DNA from: an uncultured Saprospiraceae bacterium
GTDB taxonomy: Bacteria; Bacteroidota; Bacteroidia; Chitinophagales; Saprospiraceae
Assembly: GCA_964442355.1 (NCBI GenBank)
Contig: CAYTZS010000002.1
Location: 10,775-74,774 of the forward strand
Length of the DNA stretch: 64,000 bases
Direction: 5' to 3'
The notes beneath the pieces were generated by a model. The model had not been told where the DNA came from. It made no database searches and saw only the letters and a list, made by a program, of their open reading frames with translations. Made by a program: the position numbers and the translations under genes. This document shows positions 1-9,472 of this stretch, piece by piece; position 1 is the first letter of the stretch, and every line of letters begins with the position of its first letter.

Positions 1-535
1 GCGAGCGGATGCCGTTGGCTTGCGCAATGCCCTCGGCCAAATCGAGCAGTGCAGGGTCGTAGCCGTGGAGCATATCGGGGAAGCGAACGCCGAGGCGCTC
101 GTCGTTGGGCCCCCGGAGCGGGTTGTCAGGTTGCAAGTTGATATGGTCACGCAAGAACACGAGGTCGCCCATCTCGATGTCGGCGTTCACGCTGCCTGCC
201 GCATTGGACACCATCAGCATCTCGATGCCCAGAGCACGCATCACCCGCACGGGAAAGGTGACCTGCTGCATTGTGTAGCCCTCATAATAGTGGAAGCGCC
301 CGGCCATCGCCACGATGTTTGCGCCAGCCAATTTGCCAAAAATCAGCTTGCCCGCATGACCCATCACCGTACTGGTTGGGAAGTGCGGAATGTCAGCATA
401 GTCAATGGTTTCCACTACGTCTATATCGTTGACCAGCCCCCCAAGCCCTGAACCGAGTATGATGCCGTACTTGGGTTGGAGGTCGGTGCGGCTGCGCAGG
501 TAGGCGGCGGCGGCTTGTATTTGTTCGAACTGCAT
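1..535 (-). CDS. purine nucleoside phosphorylase (trimeric PunA-type); C-terminus cut off by the window edge
   Basis: I translated the minus strand from the ATG at 535..533: MQFEQIQAAAAYLRSRTDLQPKYGIILGSGLGGLVNDI...FPTSTVMGHAGKLIFGKLAGANIVAMAGRFHYYEGY...MLMVSNAAGSVN. The GSGLG and GRFHxYEG blocks are PNP-family hallmarks. It is missing from the ORF track because it has no stop inside the window. Track ORF 20..451(+) is its antisense shadow. Confidence 0.85.
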   Translation of the reverse strand, partial: MQFEQIQAAAAYLRSRTDLQPKYGIILGSGLGGLVNDIDVVETIDYADIPHFPTSTVMGHAGKLIFGKLAGANIVAMAGRFHYYEGYTMQQVTFPVRVMRALGIEMLMVSNAAGSVNADIEMGDLVFLRDHINLQPDNPLRGPNDERLGVRFPDMLHGYDPALLDLAEGIAQANGIRS

Positions 536-582
536 GGAAAAAAGTGATGAATGAAAATGGAGGTATGATGTATTGTGCAGGC

Positions 583-616
583 ACTGACTGTCCACTGCCA
601 ACCGTCGAACTGCCAA
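583..616. repeat. solo copy of the AACTGCCA-word element
   Basis: ACTGACTGTCCACTGCCAACCGTCGAACTGCCAA matches 17336..17369 at 31 of 34 positions. Both copies abut the stop codon of a minus-strand gene. Confidence 0.75.
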
Positions 617-1387
617 TTAATCAGGTTGCGGGCTCACGGCAGTCCAGCCGCCGTCCACCACCAGCGTTTGACCAGTGATGTGGCCGGCCTGCGGCGAAAG
701 CAGGAACAGGGCGGCGTGTGCGATGTCAGCCACGGTGGCGGCACGGCCAGTGGGCGTCAGTTGTTGCCAAATGGCGATGTAGTCGGGGTCGAGCAGGGTG
801 CGCTCCGTCAGTGTGGCACCTGGGGCGATGGCGTTCGCCGTGATTTGGTGCGGCGCCAACTCCGAGACGAGCCCTCGTGCCAGCATCTCCAGGCCCGCTT
901 TGGTCATGCCGTAGGTGGCCAGGTGTCGGTACGACTGGTGCCCCGTCACGCTCGACATGAACAGGATGCGCCCGCCCATGCCTTGTTGCCGCATTTGCCT
1001 TGCGGCAAATTGGGCGAGGAAGAAGCTGCCCTGCAAATTGACCGACACGAGTTGCTGGAAGCACTCTGGTGTGTACTCGAAGAAGTCGCCATAAGTGGTG
1101 ATGCCCGCATTGGCCACAGCGATGTCGAGGTGGCCGAAGGTTGCAACCGCCTCATCCACAAGGCGTTGCAAAAGGGCGAGATTGCTCACGTCGCCAGCGA
1201 TGGGCAGCACCCGACCACCTTCCCCAGCAATGCGGTAGGCAGCCTCAGCGGCCAGCACGGGGTCGAGGTCGTTGAGCACGACGGCAGCGCCTTGCGCAGC
1301 GAGTTGCCGGGCAATCTCGAAGCCGATGCCTACGCCCGCCCCGGTGACGATGGCGGTTTTGTTGTGAAATGTTTTTTCCAAAGGCAA
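617..1387 (-). CDS. SDR-family oxidoreductase (short-chain dehydrogenase/reductase)
   Basis: 256-aa ORF. It has the Rossmann motif TGAGVGIG near the N-terminus and a YxxxK catalytic motif (YGMTK). The start appears to be TTG, because there is no ATG upstream of the glycine motif. Confidence 0.85.
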   Translation of the reverse strand: MPLEKTFHNKTAIVTGAGVGIGFEIARQLAAQGAAVVLNDLDPVLAAEAAYRIAGEGGRVLPIAGDVSNLALLQRLVDEAVATFGHLDIAVANAGITTYGDFFEYTPECFQQLVSVNLQGSFFLAQFAARQMRQQGMGGRILFMSSVTGHQSYRHLATYGMTKAGLEMLARGLVSELAPHQITANAIAPGATLTERTLLDPDYIAIWQQLTPTGRAATVADIAHAALFLLSPQAGHITGQTLVVDGGWTAVSPQPD

Positions 1388-1442
1388 AAAGTCTGGTAGC
1401 GGGCAAAGCTAAAGTTTGGCGGGGTGATTTTGCTGGGTTTTC

Positions 1443-1450
1443 TACTTTTG
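1443..1450 (+). promoter_or_regulatory. candidate Bacteroidota sigma-A -7 box (TACTTTTG)
   Basis: Exact match to TAnnTTTG, 25 nt upstream of the M14 peptidase ATG. The same octamer recurs upstream of two other genes (6310, 42001). Confidence 0.3.
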
Positions 1451-1475
1451 CTTCCCTCATTTCAATTGCATTTTC

Positions 1476-4013
1476 ATGTTGAAAAAAATCCCGTTTGTCC
1501 TTGGCTTGCTCGTGTTGGCTGTTTCCCTGTCGGCCCAATCCAAACTGCTGCACCCCGATGCCTTTTTGCCGCACAAAATCGGCAGCCAGTTCACCGGGCA
1601 CAGCCTGCTAGTGGACTACTACCGCCATGTGGCCGCCAACAGCGACCGGGTGAAGCTCGTCGAGTTCGGGCGTACCAACCAGCTACGGCCCCAAATCCTC
1701 GCCATCGTGAGCAGCCCCGAAAATCTGCGCCGCATCGAGGACATCCGGCTCAACAATCTCCGCAGTGCAGGCATCCTTTCCGGAACCGCCGACAACTCGA
1801 ACCCCGTCACCATCGTCTGGCTGGGACTGAGCGTACACGGTAACGAGGCAGCTGGGACTGAGGCGTCCATGCCTGTTTTGTACGAACTCGTCAACCCGAA
1901 CAACCGGGAAACAACCGAGTGGCTCCGCAACACCGTCGTGCTAATCGAGCCGAGCGTGAACCCCGATGGCTACAGCCGCTACACCGACTGGTATCGGCAG
2001 GCCAGCCCCCAGTTGCCCGACCCCAATCCGCAATCACGGGAGCACGTGGAACCGTGGCCGGGTGGCCGGGTGAACCACTACCTGTTCGACCTGAACCGGG
2101 ACTGGGCCTGGGCCACGCAGGTGGAGACCCAAAACCGCCTGAAGATTTACAACGACTGGCTACCACATGTGGTGGCGGACATCCACGAGCAGGGCTATGA
2201 TGCGCCGTATTACTTCCCGCCGGCAGCGCAGCCTTACCACCAGTACCTCACGAAGTGGCAAGCCGAGTTTCAGGTGGAAATCGGTCGCAACCATGCCAAA
2301 TACTTCGACCGAAACGGTTGGTTGTACTTCACGAAGGAGGTGTTCGACCTGTTTTATCCCAGTTATGGCGACACCTACCCCTGCTACAACGGCGCCATCG
2401 GCATGACCTACGAGCAGGGCGGCATCCGGGCGGGGCGAGCCATCAACCTGCCCAACGGGGATACGCTGACCCTCGCCGACCGGGTGGCGCACCATCAGGC
2501 GACGGCACTTTCCACGGTGGAGATTTCGGCCAAAAACGCCGGACGGCTGGTGCAGAACTTCGCCGATTTTTACAAACGCTCGCAAAACAACCCGCCCGGC
2601 GAGTACAAGGCTTTTGTGGTAAAAAGCTCGAACCCCGCTGCGAAAATCAGGGCATTTGCGGAACAACTTGACCGCCTCGGCATCCGGTACGGCAAAGTAG
2701 GGAAGACGCCGACGGGTCTAAGCGGCTACGATTACGTGACCGGGCAGGAGGCCAGGTTTGCCGTAGGCGAAAACGACCTCGTGGTGAGTGCCTACCAGCC
2801 GAAGGGCTTGTTCGCCCAGGTTTTGCTTGACCCTGAATCGGTCATAGTGGACTCCAGTACTTACGACATCACGGCTTGGTCGCTACTGCATGCGCATGGT
2901 TTGGCGGCATTTGCATCCCGTGTGCGCATTGACCCCGCCGGGCAGGGCTACGATTTTGCGAAGCAAAACACGGCACCGCCTGCGGCCACGCCGTATGCCT
3001 ACCTCGTTCCGTGGAACTCGATGCAGTCTGCCCGCTTCTTGGCGGAGGTCGTGAAAAACGGCATCGTCTGCCGCTACACAGAGTCGCCTTTCACGGTCGA
3101 GGGCAAGGACTGGCCTGCTGGGACGCTCGTCATCACGCAAGCCGACAACCGCAAGCATCCCGGTTTCGATGCGGTGGTGCAGGCTGCCGCCAATCGCTTG
3201 AACCACCCTGTGACGCCCGTGCAGACGGGCTTCGTGGAGGCTGGCCGTGACTTCGGGTCGGACGCCATGCGCCTCATCACTGCCCCCAACGTGCTGGTAC
3301 TTTCGGGCGAAAAAACCTGGAACAACGAATTTGGGCAGGTCTGGTTTTACTTCGACAAAGACGTGAGCTACCCTGCCACCTACGTGGATGCTGACCAACT
3401 TCCGGGCATGGATTTGAAGGATTACAACGTGCTGGTGCTGCCGGAAGGTAGTTTTGATTTCGACGATACCACGTTGGAAAAGCTCGGCAACTGGGTCGGC
3501 GACGGTGGCAAGCTCATCGCCCTCGGCAATGCGAATACCTCGCTGGCCGACAAGAAAGGGTTCAACCTAGCGAAATACGCCAAGGCTTCGGACAAGGACG
3601 CCGCCCTCTCGGAGTCAGACCGCCACGCCCTCGACCACCGCACAGCACTGTTCAAGGACCGCAGCCGCACCTCCATTTCCGATTTCAACCCCGGTGCTGT
3701 GGTGCGCACCAAGATGGACACCTCGCACCCACTGGCGTTCGGCATGAAGGACTATTATTTCTCGCTGAAAACTAGCAACCTGCGCTACGACCTGCTGAAA
3801 GAGTCTTGGAACGTGGGCTACCTCGAAGACAATTATTTGGCGCACGGTTTCATTGGCGCCAACGTGAAAAAACTGCTGAATAACTCCGCTTCGTTTGCTG
3901 TGCAGAATAGGGGTGGGGGGCAGGTGGTTTACCTGATTGACAACCCGCTGTTTCGCTCATTTTGGGAGGAAGGGAAGCTGCTTTTTAGCAATGCGCTGTT
4001 CCTTGTAAATTGA
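1476..4013 (+). CDS. M14-family zinc carboxypeptidase, secreted
   Basis: 845 aa. Signal peptide MLKKIPFVLGLLVLAVSLSAQ. Zinc-ligand motif HGNE in LSVHGNEAAGTEASM, typical of M14. Confidence 0.85.
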   Translation: MLKKIPFVLGLLVLAVSLSAQSKLLHPDAFLPHKIGSQFTGHSLLVDYYRHVAANSDRVKLVEFGRTNQLRPQILAIVSSPENLRRIEDIRLNNLRSAGILSGTADNSNPVTIVWLGLSVHGNEAAGTEASMPVLYELVNPNNRETTEWLRNTVVLIEPSVNPDGYSRYTDWYRQASPQLPDPNPQSREHVEPWPGGRVNHYLFDLNRDWAWATQVETQNRLKIYNDWLPHVVADIHEQGYDAPYYFPPAAQPYHQYLTKWQAEFQVEIGRNHAKYFDRNGWLYFTKEVFDLFYPSYGDTYPCYNGAIGMTYEQGGIRAGRAINLPNGDTLTLADRVAHHQATALSTVEISAKNAGRLVQNFADFYKRSQNNPPGEYKAFVVKSSNPAAKIRAFAEQLDRLGIRYGKVGKTPTGLSGYDYVTGQEARFAVGENDLVVSAYQPKGLFAQVLLDPESVIVDSSTYDITAWSLLHAHGLAAFASRVRIDPAGQGYDFAKQNTAPPAATPYAYLVPWNSMQSARFLAEVVKNGIVCRYTESPFTVEGKDWPAGTLVITQADNRKHPGFDAVVQAAANRLNHPVTPVQTGFVEAGRDFGSDAMRLITAPNVLVLSGEKTWNNEFGQVWFYFDKDVSYPATYVDADQLPGMDLKDYNVLVLPEGSFDFDDTTLEKLGNWVGDGGKLIALGNANTSLADKKGFNLAKYAKASDKDAALSESDRHALDHRTALFKDRSRTSISDFNPGAVVRTKMDTSHPLAFGMKDYYFSLKTSNLRYDLLKESWNVGYLEDNYLAHGFIGANVKKLLNNSASFAVQNRGGGQVVYLIDNPLFRSFWEEGKLLFSNALFLVN

Positions 4014-4037
4014 CGTTGGGCACTTATTTTTTACAAA

Positions 4038-4589
4038 ATGGAAGCAACTAATACTTGGACTTCAGCCCTTGAACGGCTGTCAAAAACCTTCTCTGCCGAG
4101 TTTGGCCATCTCACCGCTGAGGAGTTGAACCGCAAGCCGAACGCCTCAACTTGGAGCATCGGTCAAGTGATTGACCACATTATTAAGGTAAACGAGACTT
4201 ATTACCCCATCGTGGAGCAGCTACAGGCGGGCGCTTACCAGACGCCGTGGACGGCCAAACTGCCGTTTCTCGTGAATTGGTTCGGTGATTTCATCCTCAA
4301 AGGCGTGGAGCCTGAGCGCAAAAAGAAAATCCAAACCTTCCCTGTTTGGGAGCCAGCGCAGAGCGAAGTGCGGGCGGACATCGTGGCGCATTTTGCGGAG
4401 CACCAGCAGCAATTGGCCGCTATCATGGTCCAATGCGAGCCGTTTTTGAAGGCAGGCACGGTGATTTCTTCACCTGCCAACAAGTTTATTGTGTATAAAC
4501 TTGGACGAGCATTTGACATTATCGTGGCGCATGAGGAGCGGCATTTGAACCAGTCAAGGGATATCTTGAATTTTATGAAAAATAATTGA
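4038..4589 (+). CDS. DinB-family protein
   Basis: 183 aa. The size and His pattern (VIDHI ... AHEERH near the C-terminus) are typical of DinB_2 four-helix-bundle proteins. Confidence 0.7.
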   Translation: MEATNTWTSALERLSKTFSAEFGHLTAEELNRKPNASTWSIGQVIDHIIKVNETYYPIVEQLQAGAYQTPWTAKLPFLVNWFGDFILKGVEPERKKKIQTFPVWEPAQSEVRADIVAHFAEHQQQLAAIMVQCEPFLKAGTVISSPANKFIVYKLGRAFDIIVAHEERHLNQSRDILNFMKNN

Positions 4590-4768
4590 GCGGGCTTTTT
4601 TCACGAAATTTGACGTTAAATGCTTTTGGTTGTTGATTTTAGGATAAAATTTATGATGTTTTCGTTGTCACAGTTTTTGAAAAAGTAGCCCAAAAACGGG
4701 GTGTTGCGGCGGGCATATTTGTGTCATCAATCGAACTGGTGAACACTCAAACAAAAAAAGCAAAAACG

Positions 4769-5368
4769 ATGAATACTTTCCGCACACTTACCATCTGCCT
4801 GCTGGCCTTCTTCGCAACGACTTTTGTAGCTGCGCAGTCTTCTGATTTCCAGAGCAGCCTCGAATTCAAGCTTCAATTGCTTTCCGATGGGACTTATGGC
4901 GTGTTCGTAAAGCCTGACCACACGGTTTCTCCAAGTGGCAAGACGCAGACTGGCGCTGGCCAAGTGACAATTGTGACACCAACAAACTTCGACTACAGCA
5001 ACTTCAAAAATCTCGCCGGCACTTGGGTGGAAAACGCCCGTGTTGATGCTCCGGTAGAAGCCATCGACAAATCTTATGTTTCCTTTGGTTTTGTGGTTGA
5101 CAATCCACGTATCCAGTTGTTTCCAAACGAAGAGACGCTCCTTTTTACTTTTACTTGCGATGCCGCTTTCAATGGTCAAATTTCACTTTTCGACAACGAA
5201 AACGACCCGTTCATGACGCCAAACTCTTACGACAGCAACCCAGGCAATGACCTCGGCGTGGTTGACCTCGGTGCAAAAGGTGGTATGGCATACTACACTT
5301 ACGCTCGCAACTACAGCAGCGAAGCGGAGGAACTTCGCAACAACGCAGCACTGGCAACTAAAGAGTAA
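4769..5368 (+). CDS. hypothetical secreted protein
   Basis: Track ORF 4721..5368, trimmed to the ATG at 4769 that precedes a clean signal peptide (MNTFRTLTICLLAFFATTFVAAQ). I recognise no family. Confidence 0.6.
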   Translation: MNTFRTLTICLLAFFATTFVAAQSSDFQSSLEFKLQLLSDGTYGVFVKPDHTVSPSGKTQTGAGQVTIVTPTNFDYSNFKNLAGTWVENARVDAPVEAIDKSYVSFGFVVDNPRIQLFPNEETLLFTFTCDAAFNGQISLFDNENDPFMTPNSYDSNPGNDLGVVDLGAKGGMAYYTYARNYSSEAEELRNNAALATKE

Positions 5369-5509
5369 TCGAAAAGTAAACGGTAATAATTCAACAAGGT
5401 CTCGTTCACACAAACGGCAAGGTCTCAGAAAAGAAAAGGTCTCAAACTCAAACAAATAAGCAAGGGTCTCCACTCACAAGCATGAAAAAAACTCACTCAC
5501 GAAACAGAG

Positions 5510-5553
5510 AGGCTAAAATGTTGGAAACAGCATTTTAGCCTTTTTCTTTTTTT
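5510..5553 (+). terminator. intrinsic terminator
   Basis: Stem AGGCTAAAATG / CATTTTAGCCT with a 10-nt loop (TTGGAAACAG), followed by TTTTTCTTTTTTT. Confidence 0.6.
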
Positions 5554-5559
5554 GCATTT

Positions 5560-6189
5560 TCATTGAACGACATGCACAAGTTCACTCTCGGCAACGTACT
5601 CCTCGCCGTTTCTCAACCGTAAAACTACCCTTGCTCGGAATGCAGAATTGGTGTCGGAGGCACCCTCCAGCTGCAAGCCTATTTGTTCTTCCTTGATGTA
5701 CGACATATTCGTTTCCAGAAACTCATCCAAGTGACTCCGGTTGCCCAAATGGTACACATAAAACAGGTCGTTGATGGTGTCGCCAGCTACGTGAAGGCTG
5801 TCCCAATCGTTTAACGTCAGCACGGTCAACGACTCAATTTGCTCTTGGGAGCCATTGAAGCCGGGTTCGGCAGGCGAACAAGACAGGGCTGAATTCATCA
5901 TTCCAAATTCATCGGGGACAGGGCGTTCTATCTGGCCGAAATAACTCACGTCAAACTGGATGACCAGCCTGAAAAAATCTGCACTCACAATGGCGGCGCT
6001 GTCAAGTAAATCCCTGCCGCAACAATCATATTCGTCTTTCACTTTGTAGTTCAAAAAGTGCATACCTTCTATGTCAAAATAGGCTGGCACGGGGTCCAGG
6101 TTGCCACAGTCGTCGGTTGCCCAGTCGCAGGAGGGGAAGATAAAGCCGATGGAGAAAAATGCTGTGAGGGATATGGTTTTCAAGTTCAT
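5560..6189 (-). CDS. hypothetical lipoprotein
   Basis: 209 aa. N-terminal MNLKTISLTAFFSIGFIFPSC has a lipobox-like Cys. Its G+C is lower than that of its neighbours. I recognise no family. Confidence 0.6.
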   Translation of the reverse strand: MNLKTISLTAFFSIGFIFPSCDWATDDCGNLDPVPAYFDIEGMHFLNYKVKDEYDCCGRDLLDSAAIVSADFFRLVIQFDVSYFGQIERPVPDEFGMMNSALSCSPAEPGFNGSQEQIESLTVLTLNDWDSLHVAGDTINDLFYVYHLGNRSHLDEFLETNMSYIKEEQIGLQLEGASDTNSAFRARVVLRLRNGEEYVAESELVHVVQ

Positions 6190-6309
6190 AAAGCGTGTAA
6201 AAAGGGATTGGTGAAAAATTTAACTTACAACGGTTAGTCTGCACCAATTGCTGCGCAAAATTTTAACATTTCATAAATGACCCCACCCCACCTTTTCTAT
6301 CTAAATGGA

Positions 6310-6317
6310 TACTTTTG
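6310..6317 (+). promoter_or_regulatory. candidate -7 box (TACTTTTG)
   Basis: TAnnTTTG match 83 nt upstream of the ATG at 6400. The hairpin at 6328..6389 would lie in the leader. Confidence 0.3.
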
Positions 6318-6327
6318 CCGAGCAAGG

Positions 6328-6389
6328 CGTTTTGAGTTTCTGGTAACGTAGTTACCTGCGCTCAAAACCCAGAACTCGAAACTCAAAAC
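6328..6389. repeat. word-built hairpin (GTTTTGAGTTTC... / ...GAAACTCAAAAC) with inner GGTAAC-GTA-GTTACC
   Basis: Inverted arms CGTTTTGAGTTTCTGG and CCAGAACTCGAAACTCAAAAC flank a perfect 6-bp inner palindrome. Confidence 0.7.
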
Positions 6390-6399
6390 TAATTTTTCG

Positions 6400-7608
6400 A
6401 TGTCGAAAAAAGTCCTAATCATCGGTGCTGGCGGCGTGGGCCGTGTGGTCGTTTACAAATGCGCACAGCACCCCGAAGTTTTTGGAGAAATCCTGCTGGC
6501 CAGCCGCACCAAGTCTAAGTGCGATGTGATAGCCGAGGCGGCCAAAGCCGCAACGGGCCACCAGCACATCACCACCGCTGCCATTGACGCTGAGGATGTG
6601 CCAGCATTGGCCAACCTCATCCGCCAGTTCCAGCCAGCGATGGTCATCAACGTGGCGTTGCCCTACCAAGACCTTACCATCATGGAGGCTTGCCTGCAAA
6701 CTGGTGTTCATTACCTCGACACGGCCAACTATGAACCGAAGGACGTTGCAAAATTTGAGTACTCTTGGCAGTGGAAACTCCACGACCGCTTCAAGGAGGC
6801 AGGTTTGCTGGCTGTGCTCGGCTGTGGTTTCGACCCCGGCGTGACCAACATCTTCACCGCCCGTGCGGCCAAGCACCACTTCGACGAGATGCACACGCTC
6901 GACATTGTGGATGCCAACGCAGGCTCGCACGGCAAAGCGTTTGCCACCAATTTCAACCCAGAAATCAACATCCGGGAAATCACGCAGAAAGGCCGCTACT
7001 GGCAGGATGGCCAGTGGGTAGAGACCGAGCCGTTTGAAATCGGCAAGGCTATCAACTACCCGAACATCGGGCCACGTCAGTCGTACCTGCTCTTCCACGA
7101 GGAGTTGGAATCACTCGTAAAGCATTTCCCAACCCTCAAGCGTGCCCGCTTTTGGATGACCTTCGGCGAGGAATACCTGACGCACCTTCGGGTGATTCAA
7201 AACATCGGCATGGCGGGCATCGAGCCCATCAAATTCAACGGCATGGACATCGTGCCGCTGGAGTTCCTCAAAGCCGTGCTGCCAAACCCCGGCGACCTTG
7301 GCACCAATTACACCGGCTGGACGAGCATCGGCTGCCGCATCAGCGGCATCAAGGATGGCCAACCGAAGACCTACTACATCTGGAACAATTGCAGCCACAA
7401 AGCCGCCTACGAAGAAACTGGCACCCAGGGCGTGAGCTACACGACGGGCGTGCCCGCCATGCTCGGTGCCATGATGATGCTCACTGGCGAGTGGACGGGC
7501 AAGGGCGTTTTCAACGTGGAGCAGTTCAACCCTGACCCGTTCTTGGCGAAGCTCGGTGAGTACGGCTTGCCTTGGGAGGAGGCCGTGAACATCGATTTGG
7601 AGATGTAA
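6400..7608 (+). CDS. carboxynorspermidine/carboxyspermidine dehydrogenase (saccharopine dehydrogenase family)
   Basis: 402 aa. N-terminal NAD fold KVLIIGAGGVGRVV. The overall sequence resembles CANSDH, and it sits directly upstream of the matching decarboxylase. Confidence 0.8.
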   Translation: MSKKVLIIGAGGVGRVVVYKCAQHPEVFGEILLASRTKSKCDVIAEAAKAATGHQHITTAAIDAEDVPALANLIRQFQPAMVINVALPYQDLTIMEACLQTGVHYLDTANYEPKDVAKFEYSWQWKLHDRFKEAGLLAVLGCGFDPGVTNIFTARAAKHHFDEMHTLDIVDANAGSHGKAFATNFNPEINIREITQKGRYWQDGQWVETEPFEIGKAINYPNIGPRQSYLLFHEELESLVKHFPTLKRARFWMTFGEEYLTHLRVIQNIGMAGIEPIKFNGMDIVPLEFLKAVLPNPGDLGTNYTGWTSIGCRISGIKDGQPKTYYIWNNCSHKAAYEETGTQGVSYTTGVPAMLGAMMMLTGEWTGKGVFNVEQFNPDPFLAKLGEYGLPWEEAVNIDLEM

Positions 7609-7621
7609 AAAAGCATGTTTT

Positions 7622-7652
7622 GCGGGCGGGCGGTTGAATATCGCCCGCCCGC
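7622..7652 (+). terminator. GC-rich hairpin between the two polyamine genes
   Basis: Perfect 11-bp stem GCGGGCGGGCG / CGCCCGCCCGC with a 9-nt loop. It is followed by TTCGATTT...TGTTTTTG, which is a weak U-tract. Confidence 0.45.
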
Positions 7653-7694
7653 TTCGATTTGAGCGTTCTGTTTTTGCTTTAAATAACTCATTGA

Positions 7695-8861
7695 ATGTCA
7701 AATAAATACGCTGCTACCCCTTCTCCCGCCTTCGTCCTCGAAGAAGCCCTGCTCCGCAAAAACCTCGAACTCATCGCCGGGGTGCAGCGTGACGCAGGCG
7801 TCGAAATCATCTTGGCGCTGAAGGGCTTTTCCATGTGGAGCGTCTTTCCATTTGTGAAAAAATACCTGAGCGGCGCCACAGCCAGTTCGCTGAACGAAGC
7901 TCGGTTGATTTTCGAGGAAATGGGCTGCAAGGCCCATACCTACTGCGTGGCCTACCTGCCCGACGAGTTCGAGGAAATCATGCGGTACAGCTCGCACCTC
8001 GTGTTCAATTCGGTGGCGCAGTACGAGCGGTTTCGGCCACAGGTAGAGGCTTTATCGGAGAAAATCAGCTGTGGCATCCGCTGCAACCCGGAGTACTCGG
8101 AGGTGGAGACGGAACTCTACAACCCCGCAGCACCCGGCTCCCGCCTCGGAGAAGTGGATGCCGCTTTCGCCAACGGCCTGCCAGATGGCATCGAGGGGCT
8201 GCATTTTCATACGCTTTGTGAATCAACGAGTTATGATTTGGAGAAGACGCTGGTGGCTTTCGAGCAGCGCTTCGGCCACCTCATTCCGAAGGTGAAATGG
8301 GTGAACATGGGCGGCGGCCACCTGATGACCAAAAAGGGCTACGACACGGCGCATCTCGTTCGTGTTTTGAAGAATTTCAAGGAAAAATGGGGCGTGGAAG
8401 TGCTACTCGAACCCGGTAGTGCCATTGCTTGGGAGACCGGTGTACTCGTCAGCACCGTGCTCGACATCCACGAGAGCCGGGGTATCAAGACAGCCATCAC
8501 CGACATCTCGTTCACGGGCCACATGCCCGATACGCTGGAAATGCCCTATCGCCCCCGCATCACACATGTTGACCAAAATGGCGAAGCTACACCGGCCACT
8601 GACCCCAATGGCGCTGGTTGGCAGTACCGCATCGGCGGCGTGAGTTGCCTCTCCGGCGACTACATGAAGGAGTACGCCTTTTCAAAAGAACTGCAAGTCG
8701 GCGACCGCATCATCTTCGAAGACATGATTCACTACACGATGGTGAAAACGACTACGTTCAATGGCGTTCGTCACCCAGACATCTGCATTTTGCGGGAAAA
8801 TGGCGAATTGGAAGTGGTGAAACGGTTTGGGTTCGAAGACTATCGGAATCGGCTTTCGTGA
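7695..8861 (+). CDS. nspC: carboxynorspermidine decarboxylase
   Basis: 388 aa. N-terminal TPSPAFVLEEALLRKNLELI...ILALKGFSMW and the overall layout match NspC-type PLP decarboxylases. It is paired with CANSDH. Confidence 0.85.
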   Translation: MSNKYAATPSPAFVLEEALLRKNLELIAGVQRDAGVEIILALKGFSMWSVFPFVKKYLSGATASSLNEARLIFEEMGCKAHTYCVAYLPDEFEEIMRYSSHLVFNSVAQYERFRPQVEALSEKISCGIRCNPEYSEVETELYNPAAPGSRLGEVDAAFANGLPDGIEGLHFHTLCESTSYDLEKTLVAFEQRFGHLIPKVKWVNMGGGHLMTKKGYDTAHLVRVLKNFKEKWGVEVLLEPGSAIAWETGVLVSTVLDIHESRGIKTAITDISFTGHMPDTLEMPYRPRITHVDQNGEATPATDPNGAGWQYRIGGVSCLSGDYMKEYAFSKELQVGDRIIFEDMIHYTMVKTTTFNGVRHPDICILRENGELEVVKRFGFEDYRNRLS

Positions 8862-8911
8862 GGTGGTTTGATAGGTTGGAAGAGCGCAAAGACAACTCAA
8901 ACAACTAAAAT

Positions 8912-9352
8912 TCACACCCCAAACATCGCTTTCATGCCCTCCCAAAGCGGCCGTTTCAGGGCTGGGGTGGCTTGTAGCTCGGCGAGGCTGGCGGAAAAAA
9001 GGTAGGTCACGCCGCCCAAACTGAGTGGCTGGTAGGGCTGAACGTTGAGGTTTAGCCCGGCCTGCTTGGGGCTAACACCGAAGAAAAGGGCATTCGAAAA
9101 TCCCGCCTCATTGCGGAGCGAAGCAAAACTAAACGGCTGCTCGGTAGTTATCCAACAGACAAGTGCATCTTCTGCCATGTCAAACTTGGCGGCTTGCAGC
9201 ATCTTGGACAGCAATTCTTTCAAGGCTGGCTCCTCTGCTCCCGCACATGCGACGAACAATCCCTTTTGGTTGTTTCCCATGCCTTCAGCTAACAGGTTTT
9301 CTTTCAGCGGGAAAACCTCAAAGTCCAAAATTCCGTTGGGCTGTGTGTTCAT
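8912..9352 (-). CDS. hypothetical protein
   Basis: 146-aa ORF with an ATG start and no signal peptide. It is transcribed divergently from ilvE. I recognise no family. Confidence 0.55.
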   Translation of the reverse strand: MNTQPNGILDFEVFPLKENLLAEGMGNNQKGLFVACAGAEEPALKELLSKMLQAAKFDMAEDALVCWITTEQPFSFASLRNEAGFSNALFFGVSPKQAGLNLNVQPYQPLSLGGVTYLFSASLAELQATPALKRPLWEGMKAMFGV

Positions 9353-9441
9353 TTTTTGTCTTTTTTCAGAATTTTATTCCAAAACGATAATTTTTTAAGC
9401 CTATCTGATAGAATAAATTTTTTTAAAAACGTTTTTTGCCC

Positions 9442-9449
9442 TAATTTTG
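9442..9449 (+). promoter_or_regulatory. candidate -7 box (TAATTTTG)
   Basis: TAnnTTTG match in an AT-rich divergent intergenic region, 24 nt upstream of the ilvE ATG. Confidence 0.35.
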
Positions 9450-9472
9450 TGCAAAATTAAAAGAATTCGGAC

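Noticed and set aside
20-451. 143-aa plus-strand ORF at the window start
   Set aside because: It is antisense to the clearly recognisable purine nucleoside phosphorylase reading frame (1..535, minus strand).
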